DNA from: Verrucomicrobiia bacterium
Lineage (GTDB): Bacteria > Patescibacteriota > Saccharimonadia > Saccharimonadales > JAGQNK01
Direction of reading: 5' to 3'
Length of the DNA: 64,000 nt
Assembly: GCA_035489575.1 (NCBI GenBank)
Contig: DATHJY010000004.1
Span: 91,483-155,482 of the forward strand
Shown: positions 54,946 through 64,000 of the stretch, piece by piece
Position numbering within the stretch: position 1 is the stretch's first letter
How the letters are laid out: the number at the start of each line of letters is the position of its first letter
Notes under the pieces: generated by a model
What the model saw: the letters and a program-made list of their open reading frames with translations, nothing else
The model's database searches: none
What the model was told of the DNA's origin: nothing
Position numbers and translations under genes: made by a program

Positions 54946-56058
54946 ATGAGTATGATTCGCCCCAAAAGCCTGCACCATAACCAATCTGGTCTCGTTGCCT
55001 TTATGGTAGTAATGATCATTATGATCTTGCTCAGTCTTATTGTTCTAGCCTTCGCCAAAATGGTCCGCAGGGAGCAGCAGCAAGCAGCCGATCGTCAGTT
55101 GAGTACCCAGGCTTTCTATGCAGCCGAAAGTGGTGTCAACGATGCTCGCGAGGCGCTCGGAAATGCGGCTGCCACCAATCCGGCGCTACTTACCAACGAC
55201 TATTCTACAAATTGTGACGCATTCATTACGGATGCCGGGCTGACAAATACCATTGATCCCGGTATTTCTTACAGCTGTGTGCTGGTGGATACCACGCTGC
55301 CTGTCTTGAACTATCCGGGTGTTCCTCTTGATAGGTCAGTTACGCTGCCCATACAGCCCTCTGCCGGTAACTCAATCGAGACTCTCGACATCACCTTCGA
55401 GGACCAGACTATTGGCAAGGCCGCGGCCCAGCTCACGGGTTGCAATTCTACGGCCCCAGTTTCTCAGCTGCCCGGGCGGCTAGACCCTAACTGTCAGATA
55501 GGTATGCTGCGCTTAGAGTATGTACAGTTTGCGGGCCCATCGGTTCCTGCGGTGGTTGGACGTGCTCAGTTGACCAACACTAATCGTGCAGTAGCATTTG
55601 TGCGACCGGTTCAGAGCGGCGGTGCTCTTGCGCTGCCGTTTGCCAGTGCAACAGCGAACAACCAGGGTATTGTCCATACAGCAGACTGTTCGATTGTTGC
55701 CACTCGTGACTTCAGGTGTACGGTCCGTCTCACAGGATTGGATTCTACCCAGGGCTATTTGCGCCTTCGATCAATCTACAAGTCTACCAAGGTAAGGGTC
55801 CGAGCCTTCTCTGCCAGTGGCACCGCGCTTGACCTGGTTGGGGCGCAGGCCGAGGTTGATGTGACTGGGCGTTCTGTTGACGTGCTGCGGCGGGTCAAGG
55901 TTTCTGTCCCCATAAGCCCAGCAGGCGACCGTGATCCAGAGTTTGCCGTGCAGTCAGCACGAACCGTGTGCAAGCGCATCACGCTCTCTCCGCCGACAGT
56001 TGGAGTGGTGTGGTTCCCTGGGTTCAACGGCTATGCCGAGTGCGATCCTCAGCAGTAA
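54946..56058 (+). CDS. PilX/GspK-like large minor pilin (370 aa)
   Basis: N-terminal hydrophobic segment NQSG|LVAFMVVMIIMILLSLIVLAF without E+5. Last gene of the pilin block. Confidence 0.5.
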   Translation: MSMIRPKSLHHNQSGLVAFMVVMIIMILLSLIVLAFAKMVRREQQQAADRQLSTQAFYAAESGVNDAREALGNAAATNPALLTNDYSTNCDAFITDAGLTNTIDPGISYSCVLVDTTLPVLNYPGVPLDRSVTLPIQPSAGNSIETLDITFEDQTIGKAAAQLTGCNSTAPVSQLPGRLDPNCQIGMLRLEYVQFAGPSVPAVVGRAQLTNTNRAVAFVRPVQSGGALALPFASATANNQGIVHTADCSIVATRDFRCTVRLTGLDSTQGYLRLRSIYKSTKVRVRAFSASGTALDLVGAQAEVDVTGRSVDVLRRVKVSVPISPAGDRDPEFAVQSARTVCKRITLSPPTVGVVWFPGFNGYAECDPQQ

Positions 56059-56062
56059 CTAT

Positions 56063-56998
56063 TTAGTCCGATTTCTTATGGTGAAATTTTTCGTGTACGG
56101 CACGCAGGTGTGGGTCGGTCACGTGGGTATAAATCTGAGTGGTGGCAATATTGCTGTGGCCCAGCATAGCCTGAACAGAGCGTAAGTCCGCTCCATTCAT
56201 GAGCAGATCCGTAGCAAACGAATGACGAAGCGTGTGGGGACTGACGTGCTTGGTGATGCCAGCCAGCAGGGCATACCGGGCCACCATGCGTTGAATGCTT
56301 CGTGCGGTCAGCCTATGAAAATTGCCCGTCAGGTCAACTTTTTTACTCCCGCTATATCGAACAAAAAGTGGCCTCGTGTTGTCATCACGCTTATCGATAT
56401 ATTTTTGTATCCAATCGGCTGCCTCTGGGCTAATAAAGATGGGACGGTCTTTCTGACCCTTACCACGTACCATAAATTCGCGTCGCTTCAGATTAATATG
56501 ATCTCTGTCCAATCCCACTAGTTCAGATACGCGCAAGCCGGATGAAAAAAGTAGCTCAAGGATGGCTCGATCGCGGAGGCCTGGGGGGGTAGCAGTGTCT
56601 GGTTGAGCAAAAAGACGCTCAACTTCCTCGGGCGTTAAAAAGGTCACTTGCTTGCGCTGGGTACGGGACAGCTCGATTTTGTCTGCTGGAAGAGCCGGGA
56701 TATTGCGCTTGGCACAAAACTTCAAGAAACTGCGCAGTGCAATCAGGTGATAGTTTTGTGTGGACTTTTGTAGCTCGTCGCTCGTATTGGTTCCCAGCCG
56801 ATTCAGCCACAGGCGCCATTTGCGAATCAGCTCTTGGTCGATATCTTTGATAGTCAGGTCGCCTGCGTAATCAACCAACCGGGTGAGGTAGTGGTCGTAA
56901 TTGGCGATGGTTTTTTGCGAACGATTTTGTTCGATCTCTAGGTATTCCAAAAAATCAGTTTTAGCTTTAGCAAATTGCATGACTGTATTGTACGACAT
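56063..56998 (-). CDS. tyrosine recombinase, XerC/XerD-like
   Basis: N-terminal SAM-like core-binding domain, SSGLRVSELVGL, HTLRHSFATDLL and LGHSNIATTQIYTHV (R-H-R-Y catalytic pattern). Confidence 0.85.
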   Translation of the reverse strand: MSYNTVMQFAKAKTDFLEYLEIEQNRSQKTIANYDHYLTRLVDYAGDLTIKDIDQELIRKWRLWLNRLGTNTSDELQKSTQNYHLIALRSFLKFCAKRNIPALPADKIELSRTQRKQVTFLTPEEVERLFAQPDTATPPGLRDRAILELLFSSGLRVSELVGLDRDHINLKRREFMVRGKGQKDRPIFISPEAADWIQKYIDKRDDNTRPLFVRYSGSKKVDLTGNFHRLTARSIQRMVARYALLAGITKHVSPHTLRHSFATDLLMNGADLRSVQAMLGHSNIATTQIYTHVTDPHLRAVHEKFHHKKSD

Positions 56999-57055
56999 TA
57001 CAGAGAAGAGTTCTTTTGTTATACTTGTACAAATTAATAAGAAGGAAATACATAC

Positions 57056-57565
57056 GTGGAAAAAACGCTGGTTATCTTTAAACCCGACGCAGTAATGCGC
57101 GGCCTAGTCGGTGAGATTCTGTCGCGGTTTGAAAAGGTAGGGCTCAAGATAGTCGGGGCCAAAATGTTGCAGCCAGATTACGAACACTACTTTAGGCATT
57201 ACGAGGGAATCGGAACACTCAAAACTCGCAAGGGAGAAACCATATTTGAGAGCACGCTTGCCTCAATGTTGGAAGGGCCAGTGGTAGCCATGGTTCTCGA
57301 GGGTGTAGATGCCGTGGAGCTTGTTCGCAAAATGGTTGGGGGCACCGAGCCCAAGAGTGCGCAGCCAGGAACAATCCGGGGCGACTATGCACACGTTTCT
57401 TACGGCCAAGCATCCACAGTTGGTAAGGGGGTCGCTAACATCATTCACGCTTCGGCCGATACCAAAGAAGCCACTGCCGAGATCAATCACTGGTTTGCAG
57501 ACATCGAACTCTACGATTACGAAAGCGTGCACCAGCGGTTTACACAGCCAGCTCCTAAGAAGTAG
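57056..57565 (+). CDS. ndk: nucleoside-diphosphate kinase
   Basis: The GTG start gives EKTLVIFKPDAV, then GTIRGDY and NIIHASAD (active-site His). Confidence 0.9.
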   Translation: MEKTLVIFKPDAVMRGLVGEILSRFEKVGLKIVGAKMLQPDYEHYFRHYEGIGTLKTRKGETIFESTLASMLEGPVVAMVLEGVDAVELVRKMVGGTEPKSAQPGTIRGDYAHVSYGQASTVGKGVANIIHASADTKEATAEINHWFADIELYDYESVHQRFTQPAPKK

Positions 57566-57583
57566 GATGTTCTGTCGGTTTCG

Positions 57584-57850
57584 GGAGGGTTGCTAGCAGA
57601 ACTAGCCCTCTTCGGAGGGATTCGCCTCGGGCCGAGCGCAAAATGCGCTGGCCTATTCGACCCCAAACATGCCATCAGGCGTCTTTGGGGCTACGGGTCC
57701 GGGGTGAGAAATGCCCGATGGCATTTCGCAAGGCCGGAAGCCCGGATGGCGAAGCCACCGAGCTGAGGCGGGCCCGCGAAATTCGCCAAAGGCGAATATT
57801 TGTGGGAGCCGTCAAGGGCTGTCCCGTTCGAATCCCTCGCCGCGGTCCCA
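57584..57850 (+). ncRNA. unassigned GC-rich structured RNA candidate (or structured ndk 3' UTR) ending in a tRNA 3'-end mimic
   Basis: No credible ORF. Contains a C(UUCG)G hairpin ccctcttcggaggg (57606-57619), local hairpins (agcgc/gcgct, ccccaaa/tttgggg, attcgcc/ggcgaat), and atgccatc...gatggcat pairing. It ends ...gttcgaatccctcgccgcggtccca and a terminator follows. Strand and identity are uncertain. Confidence 0.3.
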
Positions 57851-57854
57851 ATTT

Positions 57855-57881
57855 AAAAACCCAACTAAAAGTTGGGTTTTT
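57855..57881. terminator. bidirectional rho-independent terminator
   Basis: aaaaacccaac / gttgggttttt form an 11-bp perfect stem with loop taaaa. It serves the + strand region and the - strand tRNA. Confidence 0.7.
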
Positions 57882-57885
57882 AAAT

Positions 57886-57962
57886 TGGTGACCCGGGAGG
57901 GATTCGAACCCCCGACGCCCGCCTTAGGACGGCGGCGCTCTATCCAGCTGAGCTACCGGGCC
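57886..57962 (-). tRNA. tRNA-Arg (anticodon CCT), CCA encoded
   Basis: Hand-folded cloverleaf: acceptor GGCCCGG/CCGGGUC (one G-U), D arm GCUC/GAGC, anticodon stem CCGCC/GGCGG with loop GUCCUAA, T arm GGGGG-UUCGAAU-CCCUC, discriminator A plus CCA. Total 77 nt. Confidence 0.9.
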
Positions 57963-58062
57963 ACATGCTGTCTGTATCTTATCAGATGTCTCGAACGGTA
58001 CAAGCTAAGCAATTGGTAGTTTTCTAACAGTCGCTTCACGCAAAGAAGTATAGAAATATACC

Positions 58063-59037
58063 ATGGCCGAACTTACTATTGCTACCGCCAACCTCGCTAT
58101 GCCACCGGATATTGTTGTATTTGGCGGTGTGGCCGAACACCAGGATTTTTTAAAGGCCACCGGTTATAAGTATGGGGACGAACTGGCTGACTCGGTTGAT
58201 TATCAGGGGGGCGGCTTCGAGTGGCTGGACGTGCGGAGTTCTCGTAGCCTTATAGAAAACGTTGGTGCAGCTCTGGCCGCCGACCAGGATATTGGCTCGC
58301 TACACCAATCTTGGCGCTCAACCAGTGTAGGCGAGATAGTAGGTCGGTTACGCACCCCATGGGAAGGCTGGGGTAACATGCCAACTCGGGCACAAGAGGT
58401 TGCTCAGGCCCTTGGGAGGGCGCTTATCGTTCCTCATATAGACGGCTCTCTTCAGAGGCTTGAATCTGTGCAGAAGGGCGCCGGGAGGCTCTTACCACTT
58501 GTGGCTTACCCCAATCAGCAGCAGCCCCCCGAAAAGCGACGGTTCGATATCCCGTATCAGGAGTGGACGTCTCGATTTGCAGAGCTAAGACACCAGCCTA
58601 CGGTCGAGACTCTAACTGCTTGGGGGGTCGTGTCGCGTAACGCAGACATGATGATCGATGATATGTTGGTGCGCCAGCAAGAGTTTGGGTTCGGAGGCGC
58701 CGTGTGGGATACAAAGCATGGGTTCGAAGCCCGACATGGTATGCGATTTAACGATCCCGAGGGGATGATTCAGGTGCTTGGCAGTCGTGCGGTCTTGAAC
58801 GAGGTGCATCTCAATCTTACCAACGACCCAAGATCTCTCCAGGCCGCCCTAGAGGGAGGGCTGCACAAAACTCATCACGGACATGCCCTAGAGGCGGCAT
58901 TCGAATCCATGCCATCCGACCAAGAGCTTCTGATTGTCACCGAGCTAACCCCCGGGGACTTCGAAGCTATCGGCAGCCCAGATGTTATAGAGGGTCACAG
59001 GCAGGTTATTCGATCAATACTCGCACTCGCTGCGTAG
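58063..59037 (+). CDS. hypothetical protein (324 aa)
   Basis: Long ORF with no recognisable motif. Confidence 0.5.
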   Translation: MAELTIATANLAMPPDIVVFGGVAEHQDFLKATGYKYGDELADSVDYQGGGFEWLDVRSSRSLIENVGAALAADQDIGSLHQSWRSTSVGEIVGRLRTPWEGWGNMPTRAQEVAQALGRALIVPHIDGSLQRLESVQKGAGRLLPLVAYPNQQQPPEKRRFDIPYQEWTSRFAELRHQPTVETLTAWGVVSRNADMMIDDMLVRQQEFGFGGAVWDTKHGFEARHGMRFNDPEGMIQVLGSRAVLNEVHLNLTNDPRSLQAALEGGLHKTHHGHALEAAFESMPSDQELLIVTELTPGDFEAIGSPDVIEGHRQVIRSILALAA

Positions 59038-59066
59038 CCGGACGTGCATTCTGTTAAAATGGACTT

Positions 59067-59639
59067 ATGTCCGATGAAAATACAGAGCCAAAAGAAAAAC
59101 ACTTCGAGGACCAGTTAGACGACGAAGAAGTACAGCTCGTTTTTCGCAAGCACCCCATTGTTATGCGCAAGGGACTGGTGTTTGGCATGCTTGGCCCTCT
59201 CTTGGGGGTTATACCTGCTGCAGCTTTTCCGGCGCTTGGATTTGGCTGGTTCTTTGGTGGGCTCGTAGGCGGCTTTGTCCTAGGGGGACTCATATTTCTG
59301 CCTGCATGGATCAACTGGCATTACAGTGTGTTTATCGTGACAGATCAACGCCTCATCCAGATCACTCAGCGGGGTTTGTTCCATCGCAGTATTGTCGATT
59401 TAGGGCTCAGTAAAATACAGAGCCTTAACTATGAGGTAGCAGGGCTCCAGGCGACGCTACTTGGTTATGGTACAATACTCGTGCAAACGTATATGGGTGA
59501 CTTGGTGGTGCATGATATTCATCACCCCGCAAAGATATACAAACAACTGCTGACCATCCTGAAAGATCACGGCGTTACGCCGGACCAGATGGCACAGCAA
59601 GAAGAGGAAGCACCAGACATTGAAGCGGAAGAAGCTTAA
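59067..59639 (+). CDS. bacterial PH-domain (YdbS/YdbT-like) membrane protein
   Basis: FRKHPIVMRKG, two TM helices, then VTDQRLIQITQRGLFHRSIVDLGLSKIQSL, typical of the bPH_2 fold. Confidence 0.65.
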   Translation: MSDENTEPKEKHFEDQLDDEEVQLVFRKHPIVMRKGLVFGMLGPLLGVIPAAAFPALGFGWFFGGLVGGFVLGGLIFLPAWINWHYSVFIVTDQRLIQITQRGLFHRSIVDLGLSKIQSLNYEVAGLQATLLGYGTILVQTYMGDLVVHDIHHPAKIYKQLLTILKDHGVTPDQMAQQEEEAPDIEAEEA

Positions 59640-60702
59640 GAAACTACTTTCAAAGCGCCCGCGGCGCACATCAGAGCCAGAGGTACGTGAGAGCGTTCCG
59701 CGTATTACCAATGAGACAGTTGCTGCGCACCGCGAAGAGGTACTGGGCAGCGCCCGTAAGTATATCTATCCACTGCAACATTCCAAGCACCGTATAGTGC
59801 TTATCTCTACAGTGCTCTTTATCGTTACCATCGTATTTTTCTTTACCTATTGCACATTGGCACTCTACAAATTTCAGACTAGCTCTACCTTCTTATACCG
59901 AGTGTCACAGGTTATGCCATTTCCTATCGCCCGCACGGGTGGTCGGTTTGTAGCATACGAAAATTATTTGTTTGAGCTGCGGCACTACACTCACTACTAC
60001 GAGAATCAGCTAGATACCGACTTCTCTGACCCCAAGAATACGCCACAGCTGAATGACTTCAAGCGACGGGCATTAGATAAAGTCATCAGCGATGCCTATG
60101 TTAAACAGCTCGCCAAGCAGCACAACGTAAGTGTCAGTAGTCAAGAAGTGAACGATCAGATTACCCTAGTGCGCAATCAGAATCGTCTGGGTGGTAACGA
60201 CAAAGTGTTCGAAGATGTACTGCGTGATTACTGGGGGTGGTCTGTCGACGACTTCAAGCGAAGTCTGCGCCAAGAGCTCCTTGCCCAAAAGGTTGCCTCA
60301 ACACTCGATACAGACACACATACCCGAGCAGAGATGGCTCTGGCAGAGGTCAAGGCAGGTGGCGATTTTGCCGCACTAGCAAAGAAGTACTCAGACGACC
60401 CCAAGACCAAGGACACCGGTGGGGAATTTGGCTATCCTGTCGATCGCACCGATCGCAACCTGAGCGCCCAGACAACAGACGCGCTTTTCAAGCTTGCGCC
60501 TGGCCAGGCCTCAGAGCTTATCAATACCGGATACAGTCTAGAGATTCTTAAGAATATCGAAGCTCAGGGTGACAAAATCCGCGGTGCGCATATGTTATTC
60601 AACTTTAAAGATATCAACACCTACGTGAACGACCTCAAAGAGAAGAAGCCTTCCACTCAGTACATCAGTCTGCCAGCAGCACCCAGCCCAACGGGGCCAT
60701 AG
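59620..60702 (+). CDS. membrane-anchored parvulin-type peptidyl-prolyl isomerase (PrsA/SurA-like)
   Basis: TTG start, a TM helix, a SurA-N-like region, and a PpiC block FAALAKKYSDDPKTKDTGGEFGY. Confidence 0.7.
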   Translation: MKRKKLKKLLSKRPRRTSEPEVRESVPRITNETVAAHREEVLGSARKYIYPLQHSKHRIVLISTVLFIVTIVFFFTYCTLALYKFQTSSTFLYRVSQVMPFPIARTGGRFVAYENYLFELRHYTHYYENQLDTDFSDPKNTPQLNDFKRRALDKVISDAYVKQLAKQHNVSVSSQEVNDQITLVRNQNRLGGNDKVFEDVLRDYWGWSVDDFKRSLRQELLAQKVASTLDTDTHTRAEMALAEVKAGGDFAALAKKYSDDPKTKDTGGEFGYPVDRTDRNLSAQTTDALFKLAPGQASELINTGYSLEILKNIEAQGDKIRGAHMLFNFKDINTYVNDLKEKKPSTQYISLPAAPSPTGP

Positions 60703-60706
60703 GTGT

Positions 60707-61246
60707 ATGTCCGAATACGACAAGCTCCGTCGCAGCTATCTCCCGTCTCGGGTGAAGGTACTGCTTATTGCCGAATCTCCACCGCCGGCTGCGCATACAG
60801 CAAGTAGCCGGCACTTTTATAGAACAGATCAGGTACGGCGTGATGATAGGGTTTTTGTGAACACTATCAAAGCCCTGTACCCAGAAACGGCAGACATGAC
60901 CGAATCCCAGATAGAACCGGCAAAAGAGCAGTGGCTCCGCCGTTTCCAGGACAACGGGTGGTACATGATAGAAGCTTTGGAAGAGTCACAGCCTCACGAG
61001 GTGACCAAGCAACAGCGACAGGACAAGATTGCCCAAGCACTGCCTGAGCTCATAAAACGTGTGCAGCAATTAGCCGACAAGAACACCAAGATCATCCTCA
61101 TAAAATCCAATGTATTCGACGTTGCCGCCGAACCCTTGCGCCAAGCAGGGTTCAATGTGCTGAACACAGAGCTATTGGATTATCCGGGGCGCTTCAATCA
61201 ACGGGCATACCGCGAAAAACTTGCTCGGCTTGCCAAGCAAGCATAA
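60707..61246 (+). CDS. hypothetical protein (179 aa)
   Basis: ORF with no recognisable motif. Confidence 0.45.
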   Translation: MSEYDKLRRSYLPSRVKVLLIAESPPPAAHTASSRHFYRTDQVRRDDRVFVNTIKALYPETADMTESQIEPAKEQWLRRFQDNGWYMIEALEESQPHEVTKQQRQDKIAQALPELIKRVQQLADKNTKIILIKSNVFDVAAEPLRQAGFNVLNTELLDYPGRFNQRAYREKLARLAKQA

Positions 61247-61250
61247 CTCT

Positions 61251-61877
61251 TTATTGGTCAGCAGCGTTGCCGCCCAGAACAACCTTACTCAAGACCTTGC
61301 CGGTGTCATCAATCTCATACATGTGAACTTCGCCCGTCTTGATCTCTACTTCGTGGGACTTATCGTCGCTCACTTCTTCAAGATGCTTCATCAGTGCTCG
61401 CAAAGAGTTGCCGTGCGCAGCTACGATAACGTTCTTGCCGTTCTTGAGGTCGTTCAGGGCGTGCTGTTCATAGAAGGGCAGTACGCGGTCAGACACATCT
61501 TTCAGGGTCTCGCCTCCGGGCACCGGGTGGTCCCAGCTGCGGCGCCACTTCATGAACTGCTCTTCGCCGTGCTCTTCTTTGACTTGCCACTTGTTTTTGC
61601 CCGTCAGGTCACCATAGTCACGCTCGTTGATCTCGGTATGCTCACTGCGTTCGATATGTGATAGGCCTAGGCCGTCCAGTACTTCATCTAGGGTATGTTT
61701 GGCGCGTTGCAACGGAGAGGAGTAGGCACGGTGGATATCTATGCTCTCTAGCAGTTTGCCAGCTTCTCGTGCTTCTTCGCGCCCTTTATCGGTCAGGGCC
61801 ACGTCAGTGAGTCCGGTCCATTGACCCAAAAGATTCCACTCTGATTGTCCGTGACGGACAAGTACCAAGTATGCCAT
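61251..61877 (-). CDS. gpmA: 2,3-bisphosphoglycerate-dependent phosphoglycerate mutase
   Basis: LVLVRHGQSEWN catalytic His motif plus the histidine-phosphatase layout. Confidence 0.9.
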   Translation of the reverse strand: MAYLVLVRHGQSEWNLLGQWTGLTDVALTDKGREEAREAGKLLESIDIHRAYSSPLQRAKHTLDEVLDGLGLSHIERSEHTEINERDYGDLTGKNKWQVKEEHGEEQFMKWRRSWDHPVPGGETLKDVSDRVLPFYEQHALNDLKNGKNVIVAAHGNSLRALMKHLEEVSDDKSHEVEIKTGEVHMYEIDDTGKVLSKVVLGGNAADQ

Positions 61878-61879
61878 GA

Positions 61880-63178
<1,299 letters not shown>

Positions 63179-63311
63179 TTACACTGACTATCATCCACCA
63201 TAGTAGCGCATTTACAGATAGACACAACGGTTATTGTTACCGCACGGTGCTATCGGAAGCAGAAAGGCGCTTTCAGTAGGCGACTAGCTTAATCAGGCTG
63301 CCTAGCGACCA

Positions 63312-63986
63312 TTAGGCGGGTACAAAATCGCCGTCGACATCTTTTTGGGCAATGCCGTAGCGCTCGGTCTTTCCGGCGTTGGGGCCACTTCTGATGGTGC
63401 GCTCCATCAAGTAGCCGCCCTTTCTTATGGCTTGCTTTTCGCCCCAGGCGGCCATGAATATCACATCTCGGTCGAGCTTCACCAGTTTGCGCGGGTCATG
63501 CCTGGGCTTAAAGGTGTTGTCTGTGCCTTCTTCATGCTCCCAAATGTCGCCAAACTGATCAGCACGCACCACGTACTCTTCTTTTGTGCCAACGCTGGTG
63601 CATACCCAGTCTCCACCATTGGCCGTATCCCGGGTTGCTCCGGACTTAACAATAACTAATTCGGTGGTCCCGGCTGGGACCTGGCGGGCGGTGATGGGCT
63701 TGGTTCTCACAAAATGACCAGCACTACCAAATAGCTCATTGACTTCGTCAGATTCCAAGTCGATCTTTGCGCAGTTAACGATATCGACTTGTTCTGGGCC
63801 ATCCCATAAGACGACCAACTCGTGCGTATCTGCCTCATGCTTCATGGCCTCTAGGATAGAGATATTGAACTCGCCATTATTATTCCACTGCGAGCCGAAT
63901 AGTGATCGTCTCTGTTCTTGCATAGCGGCGAATTTTGCTCGCTGGGCATCGGTTGTGGCCTGGGCTAGTTTTTCACCTATTTCCAC
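63312..63986 (-). CDS. hypothetical protein (224 aa; start near window edge)
   Basis: Long ORF with no motif recognised. The upstream region is truncated by the window end. Confidence 0.45.
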   Translation of the reverse strand: MEIGEKLAQATTDAQRAKFAAMQEQRRSLFGSQWNNNGEFNISILEAMKHEADTHELVVLWDGPEQVDIVNCAKIDLESDEVNELFGSAGHFVRTKPITARQVPAGTTELVIVKSGATRDTANGGDWVCTSVGTKEEYVVRADQFGDIWEHEEGTDNTFKPRHDPRKLVKLDRDVIFMAAWGEKQAIRKGGYLMERTIRSGPNAGKTERYGIAQKDVDGDFVPA

Positions 63987-64000
63987 ATCAAGGGCTTGGT

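Noticed and set aside
57584-57850. tmRNA (ssrA) call for the structured region. On the minus strand it begins GGGACCGCGGCGAGGGAUUCGAACGGGAC, which resembles the tmRNA 5' tRNA-like part.
   Set aside because: I could not find a self-complementary T-arm or a matching acceptor 3' strand ending ACCA on either strand. No short tag reading frame ends in a hydrophobic Ala-Ala-stop, and there is no A-rich coding stretch. RNase P (GGAAAGUCC, ACAGAA) and SRP (GGAAGCAGC with a GNAR loop) signatures are also absent. The region is kept only as an unassigned ncRNA candidate.

Overview
Gene-dense 64-kb bacterial chromosomal window with standard-code ORFs on both strands, no rRNA and no CRISPR array. GC looks close to 50% by eye. 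Housekeeping genes include rpsT, truB, cca, rpsO-pnp, a family-4-like UDG, RNase J, ftsK, rpsF-ssb-rpsR, efp, tlyA, a MetE-like methionine synthase, ychF, ndk, tRNA-Arg(CCT), gpmA and eno. A complete monoderm-style type IV pilus locus lies at about 39-56 kb: pilM/N/O, pilB, pilT, pilC, a pilin, pilD and four minor pilins, with no secretin. Gene content, compactness and low-complexity tails on housekeeping proteins fit a small-genome CPR / Saccharibacteria-like organism; this is inference only.

Main items for a second look:
1. The ychF promoter and first codons occur three times (34.1-36.1 kb). Exactly one small cassette lies between consecutive copies: an HExxH protein, then vapBC. This suggests serial cassette accretion at the 5' end of ychF.
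2. Three divergent HExxH (gluzincin-like) proteins all sit at variable or mobile junctions. One is bracketed by two MITE-like elements.
3. An intact IS (18-bp perfect TIRs, 6-bp TSD) has termini that resemble the MITE termini.
4. Two high-GC insertions look like transfers from a high-GC donor. One carries a lipoprotein and a Zn-ribbon membrane protein. The other is an SGNH hydrolase that splits the pilus locus.
5. A long helical rpsO leader sequesters the Shine-Dalgarno sequence.
6. A GC-rich structured non-coding region lies between ndk and tRNA-Arg, and its 3' end mimics a tRNA 3' end.

All coordinates and repeat alignments were derived by hand from the sequence. No database search was possible.
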